Below are positions 1 to 12,447 of a stretch of DNA of 64,000 nt, piece after piece (positions within the stretch are counted from its first letter, which is position 1; the number at the start of each line of letters is the position of its first letter). The position numbers and the translations under genes were made by a program. The DNA comes from Octopus vulgaris (Eukaryota). The notes under the pieces are model-generated. The model did no database searches and had not been told where the DNA came from. It saw only the letters and a program-made list of their open reading frames with translations. The DNA is taken from contig OX597818.1 of NCBI GenBank assembly GCA_951406725.2, positions 86,490,001-86,554,000 on the forward strand, written 5' to 3'.

Positions 1-4
1 TGTA

Positions 5-385
5 TCATCATTAAAATGCGACCATGCTGGGATATCGCCTAGAAGAGTTCAGTCGAATAAATCGACTGTAGTGATAATTTTTGAAACCTGTTGTTTACTG
101 TATCAGTCTTTTATGTCGAACCGCTAGGTTAAAGGGTCGTAACAAATCAACACCGGTTTTAAGTGATGTGGGGGGGGGGAGACAAACACTAAGACACACA
201 CACATGCATTTATATATACATAGATAAATACATACACGACGGGCTTCTTTCAGTTTCCGTCTACCAAATTCCTTCACAAAGCTTTGGTCAGCCCGGGGCT
301 GTGGTAGGAGACACTTTTCCGAAGTGCCACGCAGTTAGAGGGAAATCCGAAACCACGTGGATAGCAAGCAAGCTTCTTTCTCAAC
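5..385 (-). mobile_element. tRNA-derived SINE family A, degenerate copy
   Basis: Reverse complement matches the family A copy at 30447-30856 (gacgggcttctttcagtttccgtctaccaaat...). Confidence 0.8.
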
Positions 386-526
386 AATTTTAACTCCCTC
401 GCTTTCTGCCACTCAACTAACGAGCCACGAGTGAAAAAAATCCTCTTAGTGAAATATTTTCGCATATCTTTTCAGCATTTCTCTTTATCAAAATATTTCC
501 TCCTTTCTGTCCCTGTCTCTCTCTCC

Positions 527-559
<33 letters not shown>

Positions 560-1295
560 CTCTCCCTCTCTCTCTCTCTTTCTCTCTCTCACTCTATCTC
601 TCCCTCTATATAAAACTTTCTTTTATTATATAAATGACTATACTGAACATCTTTAAACTTACCATATTAAACATAATTTAATTATATAATCTTTATACTC
701 CTTATAACCCAACAGCTTAAATTAGTTTACCTTATTAATAAATAACAAGTTTTAACATAATATCTTTAAATTTGCAATTCAACATTTTTTTTAAAGTATA
801 AAACCATGAGAAATCAAAACACTAATAGATTTACAATCTACCAACTAAAAGCTTCGACTCTCTTCATAACGAAATAACAGTATAATTTACTAATCCTCAA
901 TTTCTTTCTTCTGATGAAACCCTAATAGATCGAAATAGCTATATACAGATATTGATAACTTTATAGTTGAATGCGATTATTTAAGGACTCCACAGTTCAA
1001 AGGAAAACAGGACAAAAGTAAATTCCAAGTTTGTTTTCATCCCCACAATCCGCTGGGTTCCTGGTTTGTAAAGTTTCTAGTTTTCCTCAAAGTAGAACCG
1101 ACAAATTAAACTTGGTCGTACGATGTTCTGTTTTTGCGTGTGTGTACGAGGCTTTTGTATTAATCGGGACTCAGTAGGTCAGATTACAATTTTTTAGAAT
1201 AGCGTTCAAGTTGATAGTCACTGAACGAATAAGCTATTGGTATTGTAGTAATATTCTGAGTATTGCGAGTATGTGTATGTGCGTGTATGTGTATA

Positions 1296-1540
1296 GGCGC
1301 AGGCGTGGCTGTGTGGTAAGAAACTTGCTTCCCAACTACATGGTTCCGGGTTCAGTCCTACAATATTCTCAGGCTGACCAAAGCGCGTATTTGTATGTGT
1401 GTCTTTGTGTCTGTGTTTGCCCCCCCCCCCCATAACTTGACAACCATGTTGGCATGTTTACGTCCCCGTAACTTAGCGGTTCGGTAAAAAGCGCCTGATA
1501 GAATAAGTACCGAGCTTACAAAGAATAAGTCCTGGGGTCT
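1296..1540 (+). mobile_element. SINE family A, internally deleted
   Basis: Head ggcgcaggcgtggctgtgtggtaag...ggttccgggttcagtcc and tail cgtccccgtaacttagcggttcgg...gataGAATAAGTAC. Confidence 0.8.
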
Positions 1541-1671
1541 TCCCATGCAGGCGCATATGCTCAGTAGTCACATATATATATGTAAGTGATACAAGTCCGT
1601 ATATATATTTGTATATACGTGAGCGTTTACATATGCCGCTGATATACGGATATGCTGATATACGACCCTAC

Positions 1672-1798
1672 CTTGATGTCCTTATTATCAAAATACCATG
1701 GTTCTATTGGATCCTGCAAATAATTACCTATATTTAAACTATCAGGAGTTATTACGTCAGGCCTGTCTATCCCCACTCCAGTATATCCACAATAAAGA
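1672..1798 (-). CDS. Candidate internal exon of an unidentified host gene (xLYCGYTGVGIDRPDVITPDSLNIGNYLQDPIEPWYFDNKDIK)
   Basis: Non-repetitive 127-bp open frame bounded by acceptor tattattttgtag| and donor AAG|gtaggg. Composition is protein-like but no family is recognised. Confidence 0.4.
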
Positions 1799-2036
1799 CT
1801 ACAAAATAATATACTTCGAATTATCACCTGCTTCAGAGAGCATACCATTAAATTACCTTTAAACGGAAACAAAATATTATTCAGAATGAAGGCCCACAGC
1901 GGCCCAGGAGTGCCAAGATTGTTATCTCATGAACTGATAATAAAACATTAACCTACATATTCATTCTGTTAATGTATGCCCAATCCCAAATAATCTGATA
2001 CACAAACACACATACATAATTCATTTATGTATGTAA

Positions 2037-2080
<44 letters not shown>

Positions 2081-2219
2081 ATATATGAGTGTGTGAATAT
2101 ATATATGCATATGTATGTATATATATACATTTATAATAAAATAAATAATATATAAATATATGCATATATACATACATATATGTGCATACCTACATATATA
2201 TGTATATATACATGCATAT

Positions 2220-2545
2220 ATGGGTACAGGACATAAAATAAAAACGTAGACAAAATGAGAAACGAGAACATAAAAACGAAAACATAGAAACGAACTATTT
2301 TTCGAACAACGAAAAAAACAAATTGAGAAACGAGACATGCAGCATAAATAACATTCCCTTCATCAGTTATCCCCTGTTTTATCTACTCCGCGTTTCGAAG
2401 GTAAGGAGAAGATGCGACTTCGTTAAAACAGTCCTTCCCGCAAAGCAAATTAAATAAATTTTGGGATGTTTTGTGGAGGGTGAAAGTGGTAACAAAAACA
2501 GGACAGTGAGAGCAAAACAGTAAAAACAAACGGTGAGGGCTGTAT
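2220..2545. repeat. Dispersed non-coding repeat (related copy 16378-16700), possibly Penelope-like
   Basis: Shared gggtacaggac...ccttcatcagtt...cccgcaaagcaaattaaataaa...aaaaacaggacagtg; both copies are flanked by (TA)n-type microsatellites. Confidence 0.65.
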
Positions 2546-2581
2546 ATATATGTACACGCATACATATATGTATATATATGC

Positions 2582-2660
<79 letters not shown>

Positions 2661-2929
2661 TAATATAGGGTATCTGAGAGATTACCACCACGCTGAATTT
2701 TACAAATATACTATCAAAGTCTTTCCATCCCAGGCCATCGCTCATCCTTTCTAAGTCGACATAAGTAAGACTATATCAACAAGCGTATCTTTTTTGTTTT
2801 TAAGGCATCAGGTGTGATTTGAGCGTGATTTGGCTATTATGTTTACCGGGTCAAATGACCATGTAAAGGCCCCGTCATTTTCTTGATATTTCTGTTGTTC
2901 TTGTTGTCGTTAACTGTGTTAATCTTAAT

Positions 2930-3075
2930 ATAATGTCAATTGGCACTAGCGAAACTTGAAAGAGCACAGTAAGGACGGATAGAAGACTTAATGTAATTCC
3001 ATGAAAGATGCCTCAAGAAATATTCCGAGGATCAACTCGCGGGACCGTGTCACAAATGAGAAGGACGAGGTCACA
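2930..3075 (+). pseudogene. RTE-clade LINE ORF2 fragment
   Basis: Frameshifted peptide ...RRLNV.FHERCL/RNIPRINSRDRVTNE resembles the RTE post-RT motif CLRxILxIxWxDxVxNxE. Confidence 0.6.
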
Positions 3076-3254
3076 GTCACCCTAAGAGATTGTGTTAGAG
3101 CGTCGATTCCGTCAAGCTCATTAGTTCTCAACAATATTTTACCTATGGATCCTTTTGATTCCTATTTTATTCAAATGAACCCTCATACCCATTCCATGCA
3201 TTAAAAGATCTCATATTTTTATGCTTAAATAGTATTTCGAATTATCGTTGATCT

Positions 3255-3652
3255 TTTACTTGTTTCAGTCATTAGACTGTGGCCATGCTGGGGCACCGCC
3301 ATGGGGGAATTTTTAGTCGAATGAATTAATCCCAGTACTTTTATTTTTTAGTTTAGGACTTATTCTATCGGTTTCTTTTGCCGAACCACTAAGTTGCGGG
3401 GACATAAACACACCACCACCGGTGGGAGGACAAATACAGACACGCAGACAGACACGCAGACAGACACACATAGATATATACATATATATGCATGTATACG
3501 ACGAGCTTCTATCCGTCTACCAAATTCACTCAAAAGGCTTTGGTCGGCCCGAGGCTATAGTAGAAAATACTTGACCAAGGTCCCACGCAGTGGAACTGAA
3601 CCCGGAATCATGTAGTTGGGAAGCAAGCTTCTTACCACATAGCCATGCCTGC
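3255..3652 (-). mobile_element. SINE family A, near full length
   Basis: Head and tail both match family A on the minus strand. Confidence 0.85.
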
Positions 3653-3789
3653 CTGAACTTGTATAAAAAACATTGTATAAAAAATTGTATTAAAAAATTC
3701 TAAAAATATTTAGTGTATTGCAGAGATATAATCAATTTATTTCACATAAATTTTAACAACAAAATCTGTTATGGAACTCCATGTGTTTT

Positions 3790-4020
3790 GCAGGCCTTCA
3801 TTGAGTACCATTGGTCTTGCTGGTTATATTCTGCGTCTAGTCGACCAATAGCACTCGAAGATAGCAGTGACCGAAGATCTCTTGGCAGTGGACAATTCAA
3901 GATGACCTGAAAATAGACAACATTGCGCGTAATGGATGTACGAGAGTAGCAGTCAATTGAACCCGGTGGAAGAAGCTTACCTCCCTATGCACTGACGAGC
4001 GTAAGAGGGCCTAAGCTAAA
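3790..4020 (+). pseudogene. RTE-clade LINE 3' end, probably continuing 2930-3075
   Basis: LAGYILRL...WTIQDDLK...RVAVNxTRWKKLTSLC, followed by a short ctaag-like repeat tail. Confidence 0.5.
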
Positions 4021-4654
4021 GCTTTTAGGTGTTGCTGATGAAAATGGTGGTTACTTTTTCAAAGGTTTAAAGGGGTCTGTATAGTTTTGGAAATGTTAGC
4101 TACGTCTGGAGAGCAAATGAAAGCGGTAATTGTAATGTCATCTGTGAACGAAACTGCGTATAGATCTGCTAAGAGAGTAGGAATTACGTCATGGAACAAG
4201 TTTTAAAATACAGGTAGGAAAACCCTGGCAGATTCTTACAATATTCCACTTGAGGAATTGCAAATTGTAAACTATATGTTCTTTGCCGAACACAAAATGA
4301 TACGAGCGGAAAAAATTTCCCTTTTGGAAAGACATCCATGGATACAAGGATTGTTTTGTCTGGAATATATTTGGGTTGTGATCTGTTAGATAGAATTCAA
4401 GAAAATATCAAATAATTAAGTTAACTGATCTAAAAGAGCTGGAAGGAGGTGTACGCATACGCCGAGGTTTATTAATTTTAACGAATTTAAGTGATGAGAG
4501 TTACCAATTTTAGCTTATAAATTTTTGAGCATATTTGTGTATAATAGGTAATAGCTTATGTTATATTTTCCTGGTGAAGAATATAAAGCGCTACAATCTT
4601 CTTTAAGGTGGTCTAAATGAGTCTTGTCAATGATTTTATATGTATGCGTATATA

Positions 4655-5562
4655 TTGGGTCACCCCATAAATAATACGGTTGTTTCAATAGCATGAACTA
4701 AAAGTTGGATGGATACGGGATAAATTACCTGCATCAAATTGTTATAAAAGTCATTTTACCTTGTCCTCGTTCTTAGTGCAAGTTTTGAAGGGTGCAGTTC
4801 GATATTTACAGCTATTTTTTCAAAGCTATAATGAAAGTGACAAAGGGGCATATTCGGCAAATTTTGCTTTATGAGTTCAATAAAGGCAACAACGCAAGGG
4901 AAAGTGCGATGAATATTAATGCAGTAGATGAGGATCGGACAATAAGCGTAAGCCAGTGTCAATGGTGGTTCCAGAAATTCCGAGCTGGAAACTACAGCCT
5001 AGAAGACGAACCTCGTCCAGGAAGATATGTAGAACTCGACGAGGACGGCCTGCAAACTCTGGTGGAACAAAATCCCTTCATAACTCTTGAGGAACTAGCA
5101 GAGAAGCTTGGATTTGGTCATTCATCCAGTCATTCAGGTTAGCGCTAGAAGAAAAGTGACCATCTTTGGTTTCAAGGCGAAATGTGTTCTTACATCAGGA
5201 TAATGCTTGACTACACACAGCGAGGATAGCATTCCAAAGCCTAGAGCAGTTTGAATGGGAAACGATGCCCCACCTACCATATTCGCTGACCGTTGTCCCA
5301 TCTGATTATCATTTATTCTGCAGTCTTTTGAATCATTTGGACAAAAAAATTGTGAATGCTATAGACAAAGTCAGAACAGTACTGGAGAAGTATTTTTCCT
5401 CACGGATAAGTGAATTTTGGAAGAGGGTCCTTCCAGGGCTAGCAGATAGATGGAAGAGTATTATTAAAAAATGAAGGAGAGTATATTTTAGATTAAAAAA
5501 GAATTTGGTTTACCTTAATTATGAAAAGTATAAGAAAACTCAATATTTATGGGATGACCCAA
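4655..5562 (+). mobile_element. Mariner transposon, internally deleted and non-functional
   Basis: TIRs ttgggtcaccccataaata / tatttatgggatgacccaa with TA flanks. N-terminal HTH (HIRQILLYEF...WFQKFRAGNYSLEDEPRPGR) and C-terminal LHQDNA and PYSLTVVPSDYHLF (YSPDLAPSD-like). Confidence 0.95.
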
Positions 5563-6185
5563 TACACACACAAACATACACATATATATGTAAACATGTA
5601 TGTGTGTATGTGTACACACATGCATATATATATATGCATATGAATATATTCATTTCATATGTATATACATATATATGTATGGATATATATGCTTATATAT
5701 ACACACACATATATATATACCAAGACACATGCACACAAATATATATGTGCATGCATACATATATACATATATATAATATATATATAAATAAACATATATG
5801 TGCATGCATATGTATATATATTCATTTGTATATATGCATGCATATGTAGAAGTATTTTATTAAACATATGCATATATAAATTCATCTGTATATGTATATA
5901 CGCGTATATATGTATCTTGTTTTGTACGTTTATAAGTATGCATGTTCGTACATATGTATGCATGTATACATATATGTACCCATCCATAAATATGAAAACA
6001 GGTTTCTTGTTGTTGCAACATTTACGACTGTGTTCTGCCTTAGAAAAAAACTTGTCTCGTCGTTTCTTGTCTCTCATTAAAATGTTTCCTTTGATTTCAT
6101 TTTAATTTCTGAACTGGTACACATGTTTTCCCATGTAAAGTATATCAATTCTTTCCAGGCCATGTGAATATACTACAACCATATC

Positions 6186-6435
6186 CAGGGCCGGTTTTAT
6201 GCCAATTATATAGACTTGTTCAAATTAGGCCCCGCGCAGACGCTCGAGTGGAGGACGCTATAATGAATTTTTACTATACCATAATGGCTAATAGTTGAGC
6301 CACATGCTCTCAACTCTTTTTGGCCGGGACTGGTGTACTACAAGAAGCATAAAACATCAATCTTCAGCTTTTGTAGAATGAAGGGCCACACTGATAATTC
6401 TCTAATTGGACCCGTACTTCCTAGTACCGGCCCCT
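6186..6435. mobile_element. hAT-type MITE
   Basis: TIRs cagggccggt / accggcccct with an 8-bp target duplication accatatc / accgtatc (7/8 match). Confidence 0.7.
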
Positions 6436-6616
6436 ACCGTATCTACCTTAAAATTGATGAAATTTTCGACCTGTTCTGCACTCAATTTTTTAAAGTTAGC
6501 GCTGTATCTAATATAATTTCTATAATGTGATATGGTAGTACAATGCACGAGTATACTGACGAAATTTAATCCACTGATCACAATGTAACGCAATTTTTGT
6601 CCTTGAGTAGCAGCTC

Positions 6617-6945
6617 TTATTTCCTATTTGCTAACCCCTAGAAAGTATGAACAATAGCTAATATTTCCTTCAAACTTTGCTTTTCTTACATTCACTCAAT
6701 CCCCAAAGAATCCCTCTTGACACATGGCTATGATGCTCCCTCAGTACTCCTGTTCATGATCAGAGATGTACATATTGTCAACTACTAAGGGACGTGCTCA
6801 AGTGGTTAAGGTCAAGCAACTGACAAGCAAATCTGTGGTACTGAGCAGAATGTTTGCTATAACGATATTTCTGCTTCAGCAACTCAGCGCTGAATTTGTG
6901 TGAAACGTAATGAAAAATAGGTCAGTTTGTAAACGCTGGTGATCA
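6617..6945 (+). repeat. Unclassified dispersed repeat (second copy 53059-53700)
   Basis: Shared atttccttcaaactttgctttt...ccccaaagaatcc...ggctatgatgctccc...aaatctgtggtactgagcagaat. Confidence 0.75.
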
Positions 6946-8038
6946 ACACATCCAAATTAGGTTGGATGGACTAACTAGTATTCGTTTCAAAAGCTGCTTC
7001 TGTCGCTAATAGTAATTTGGTTCGTTAATGCTGGCTTTAAGAATCATGAACCCCAGAGCATTACTGACACTGTCCTAAAACTAACTCATAGGAACCATTA
7101 CTCGCTCTCCGTGCGCGCGTGTATGCTATTTTCATCTTTTAATCAGTAGGAACGACAGTAGGCATGACCAGTTACAAGAGCTCTAACACTGGTAGGAGAG
7201 AGAGAGAGAGGTGGGGAGAAAGTATCTTCAAAGCAAAGATTTGGTCTAGAGGCTTGCAACAGACCAAGACACTGTTAAAGGTACCCCAGTTACCAGGTAA
7301 TGCTCCTAAACTGAGTAATGTATTGGCCATGGCGAGATTTGAACGCAGAACGCAAAGAATTGGGACAGATACGTCAAGACATCCTATCCGACGCTTTTTT
7401 ACAATTTCTCCCATCCAACCCTTTGAATCTTTTACCTTTTATCGATTTCCTTGCTTCAATCATTAGACTGCGGCCATTCTGAGGCACCACCTTGAAGCTG
7501 TTTTGTCAAATGAATTGACCCAGAACTTAATTCTTTATTCTAACAGTCTCCTTTTGCTGAATCGCTAAGTTATGGGACGCTAACAAACCAACAACGGTTG
7601 TCAAGCAATGCTGGATAAATACAAAGACACACACACATACACACAATCACATACACATGCACACACACAAACGTGCACACACACGTAACAACACACAAGC
7701 ACACACACACACACGTATAGGTGCGTGACCTTCTGGTTAGGGAATTGCAACCATGATCGCAACATCGCCATTTCGATTCCCAGACCGGCACTGCTTTGTG
7801 TTCTTAAGCAAAATATAAATATTTTACGTTGCCCCAGTCCACTCATATGTAAATGGGTAACCCAGCAACAGACTGGCGTTCCGTTTGGATGGAATTTTGG
7901 TCTGCCCGCTTGGCCAGTGGTGTAGCATCATTCGAAAGACACAACAACGCGACGAAGCACATCGTGACCAGCGTTGTATAACGTCGGATAATCTGGACTA
8001 TACAGTGACACATACATACATATATATGTACATGGTGA

Positions 8039-8370
8039 AACCCCCTTTGGTCATGACTGACCATAGGATTGCACCTAGAAAGTTACCCTTCCGGGCACAA
8101 GTCCGGGCAAGGTTATTTATGGAAGACCAGTAGTCGCCCATGCATACCGGCCTCCCATCTCCATGCCACCAGTATTATCCTAGGGAAAGGCAAAAGCCGA
8201 TACAGCTTGGCACCTGTGACGTCGCAACTCATTTCTACAGCTGAGTGAACTGGAGCAACGTGAAATAAAGTGTCTTGCTCAAGAACACAACACGCAGCCC
8301 AGTCCAGGATTCAAACGTACAACCTCACGATCGTAAGCTCGGCGCTCTAACCGCTAAGCCATGCGCCTTC
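8039..8370 (-). mobile_element. tRNA-derived SINE family D, full length
   Basis: Minus strand reads gaaggcgcatggcttagcggttagagcg...gtgttcttgagcaagacactttatttcacgttgctccagttcactcagctg. Related copies at ~7724, 27243, 39591, 39898 and 44144. Confidence 0.85.
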
Positions 8371-8401
8371 ACATACATACATACATACATACATACATAC
8401 A

Positions 8402-8432
<31 letters not shown>

Positions 8433-9071
8433 TCACACACACACATACAAATACATATATATGTGCGTGTGTTGGTGTATGTATGTATGTATGTAGGTAG
8501 GTAGGTATGTTCACAGTCGGCTCCTTTCAGTTACCGTCTACCAAATCCACTCACAAGGCTTTCGTCAGCCTGTCCCTGTAGTAGAAGATACTTGCCCAAT
8601 GTGCCGCACCGTAGATTCGAACCCACGACCACATGGTTGGAAATCAAGCTCCTTAACCTCACAGTTAGGTCTGTTATTTTTTTATCGATCTGAAATAGAT
8701 GAAAGGCAATGTTGACTTTCCCGTGATTTGAACGCAGAACGTAGAGGGTAGGAACAGAGAGAGTTGATTCATCTGAGCAGCATTCTGTCTGCTGCTCAAA
8801 TGAATCTGCTAGTTCGCTGCTTTTAACTAATTCGCCAACCCATCGACATGGGTTGGTCATTTATTTTATCGGTTACGGATAAAAAATAAAAAGGCATAGG
8901 CGTAGGTGTGGCTGTGTGGTAAGTAGCATGCTTACCAACCACATGGTTCTGGGTTCAGTCCCACTGCGTGGCACCTTGGGCAAATGTCTTCTACCATAGC
9001 TTCCGGTCAACCAAAGCTTTGTGATTGGATTTGGTAGACGAAAACTGAAAGAAGCCCGTCGTATATATGTG

Positions 9072-9105
<34 letters not shown>

Positions 9106-9108
<3 letters not shown>

Positions 9109-10359
9109 TATTATAATCTCTTATTATAAAAGGCAGATTTTATCTGCCTCCCTTTGGGAGTTATACAAATCTACAATATAGGATTTCTTCAATTACAATT
9201 TACCTAGCATTTTTAAGAGTACAATGCATCGCGTCATGCCAGGTCCAGTTTTTAAAATTTAAACTCCAATTAAGCAAAATTTACAGAAAACTCACATTCT
9301 GGTGTGTGTGTCAAATGCTTTTCTTAGTCTGGTTTACACCACACGCAAACGCACACACACAGTGTGCGACGAATAAAATGAAAGTAAATAGCGACAGAGT
9401 GATTTGAGGAAGACTAAAGTGAAAGTATTTAAACCACTACTCAAAAAATAAAAAAACACAGCAAACAGAAACAAATAAATACACAATTTCTTCAATTAGA
9501 GTTTACCTAAGATTTTTCAGAGTACTTCAGTGGGTGATGCCATAAAAATTTCTTTCAATTTTACCACCAATTAAGACAAAATTCGAGAAAACTCAATATT
9601 TTAACATATCACTCCGAAAGCATTGATGTACATGTGTGCGTGCGTGAGTGTGTGTGTGTCATTCCTCACACACACGCATACACATACATATACAACTACA
9701 TACAAACACGTGTGTGTTTGTTATTAGTAAAAAAGGCGCCAAATCACAACTCACTTATCATTCCAATACATTTGCAAAGACACACGGACGGACAGAAAAG
9801 GTAAGTTGGTTTTTATTTTACTCATTTCCTATTGTGTTTTCAAAATTTGTAATTCTGACAAAAAATGGATACGAATTTCATTATATCAAGCAGCGAGTCA
9901 GAATTCGAAGGATTTTCTACTGAAGACCTTCATAAATCTAACTCTATGACTGAAAAAAAAAAGCATCTTTATATAAGAGTGAAGTTGTGTGTCTGTCTCC
10001 TACGATTTAGATTCCTAACTACTCCCACATTTTGCGGTGCAGTTTAACCAAAAGCGGGTATCTTATAGTCGTGATTCATATCGAGCCCTTCTGGGTATTA
10101 GCGTGCGTCTACGATGAGTCTCCGATTTAAAAAAATTTACCATCATATTTTTCCATTTTACTGCATTTTTTTCGCTTTTATATAAGGGAAGTAACTCTCT
10201 AAAAATATCTACGATGTGTCAACGATTTAAAAAAAATTTACCTTAATTTTTTTTTCAATTTTTAATGCATTTTTTTGCTATTTTTTGGCTATAACTCTCT
10301 AAAAATGCTTATATAGTTATTTCCCTTACAACCCGAGCAACGCCGGGCGATAATGCTGG
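9106..10359 (+). mobile_element. Non-autonomous Helitron, unit 1
   Basis: 5' TC start (tcttattataa, duplicated), 3' GC hairpin cccgagcaacgccggg followed by CTGG, no target duplication. Confidence 0.85.
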
Positions 10360-11968
10360 TCTTATTATAAAAGGCAGATTTTATCTGCCTCCCTTTGGGA
10401 GTTATAGAAATCTACAATATAGGATTTCTTCAATTACAATTTACCTAGCATTTTTAAGAGTAGAATGCATCGCGTCATGCCAGGTCCAGTTTTTAAAATT
10501 TAAACTCCAATTAAGCAAAATTTACAGAAAACTCACATTCTGGTGTGTGTGTCAAATGCTTTTCTTAGTCTGGTTTACACCACACGCAAACGCACACACA
10601 CAGTGTGCAACGAATAAAATGAAAGTAAATAGCGACAGAGTGATTTGAGGAAGACTAAACTGAAAGTATTTAAACCACTACTCAAAAAATAAAAAAACAC
10701 AGCAAACAGAAACAAATAAATACATAACCATTTACTCCTCACACAATTTCTTCAATTAGAATTTACCTAAGATTTTTCAAAGTACTCCATTCGCTCATGC
10801 CATAATATATTTCTTTCAATTTCACCCCCAATTAAGACAAAATTCGAGAAAACTCCATATTTTAACATATCACTCCGAAAGCATTGATGTACATGTGTGC
10901 GTGCGTGAGTGTGTGTGTGTCATTCCTCACACACACGCATACACATACATATACAACTACATACACATACAACTACATACAAACACGTGTGTGTTTGTTA
11001 TTAGTAAAAAAGGCGCCAAAACACCAAAACACAACTCACTTATCATTCCAACACATTTGCAAAGACACACGGACGGACAGAAAAGGTAAATTGGTTTTTA
11101 TTTTACTCTGTATATATTTTATTATATAATATTATATATAGATATATGTATATATAATTGCAGTATGAAACAGTGTTTATGTATAAACAGACGACACTTA
11201 TATATAGTTATTATAATAAGAGATTAATAAATGTATGCATCCGTTTAACCCTTTCGTTACCAAGCCGCCCGAATTTACCTATTCATATCTAAATGAGAAT
11301 ATCAGAGCAAATCTCTTTAGTACATTCGTGAAAACACGTATTATACTTCGTAAACACTTCAACTACAGTTGTGTACAAAAATCGAAGTGTAATTTTAATT
11401 CCGTGAATTATGGGAGATTTTTTTCCGAAATTTGTTCCTATTGTGTTTTCAAAATTTGTAATTCTGACAAAAAATGGATACGAATTTCATTATATCAAGC
11501 AGCGAGTCAGAATTCGAAGGATTTTCTACTGAAGACCTTCATAAATCTAACTCTATGACTGAAAAAAAAAGCATCTTTATATAAGAGTGAAGTTGTGTGT
11601 CTGTCTCCTACGATTTAGATTCCTAACTACTCCCACATTTTGCGGTGCAGTTTAACCAAAAGCGGGTATCTTATAGTCGTGATTCATATCGAGCCCTTCT
11701 GGGTATTAGCGTGCGTCTACGATGAGTCTACGATTTAAAAAAAATTTACCATCATATTTTTCCATTTTACTGCATTTTTTTCGCTTTTATATAAGGGAAG
11801 TAACTCTCTAAAAATATCTACGATGTGTCAACGATTTAAAAAAAAATTTACCTTAATTTTTTTTCAATTTTTAATGCATTTTTTTGCTATTTTTTGGCTA
11901 TAACTCTCTAAAAATGCTTATATAGTTATTTCCCTTACAACCCGAGCAACGCCGGGCGATATTGCTAG
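10360..11968 (+). mobile_element. Non-autonomous Helitron, unit 2 (longer)
   Basis: TC start directly after the CTGG of unit 1, near-identical sequence, ends with hairpin plus CTAG followed by T. Confidence 0.88.
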
Positions 11969-11999
<31 letters not shown>

Positions 12000-12351
12000 A
12001 TATATACATATGTATGTGTGTGTATATGTTTGTGTGCCTGTGTTTGTCCCAACATCGCTTGACAACCAATGCTGGTGTGTTTACGTCCCCGTAACTTAGT
12101 GCTTCGATAAAAGACACCGATAGAATAAGTACTAGGCTTACAATGTCTTGGAGGTCGATTTTTTCGACTAAAGGCGGTGCTCCAGCATGGCCACAGTCAA
12201 ATGACGGAAGCAAGTAAAAAAAAGGCAATATTTACCTCGTCAGTATTTGAACCCAGGACGGAGCGAGAAGGAAAAAATATCCTAACGCATCCAGTCTGAT
12301 GCTTTGTTAATTCGCTACCTTGAATGCACATTCATGTCCATACGTACGTAT

Positions 12352-12447
<96 letters not shown>

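Larger units (their letters stand above)
8898..12225 (+). mobile_element. SINE family A split by a Helitron insertion (head 8898-9063, tail ~11990-12225)
   Basis: Head and tail halves of one family A copy flank the Helitron dimer, which sits in the SINE's internal (TA)n. Confidence 0.85.

Noticed and set aside
4792-5142. SETMAR-like host gene
   Set aside because: No SET domain; bounded by TIRs and TA, with the catalytic region deleted, so it is a dead mariner.
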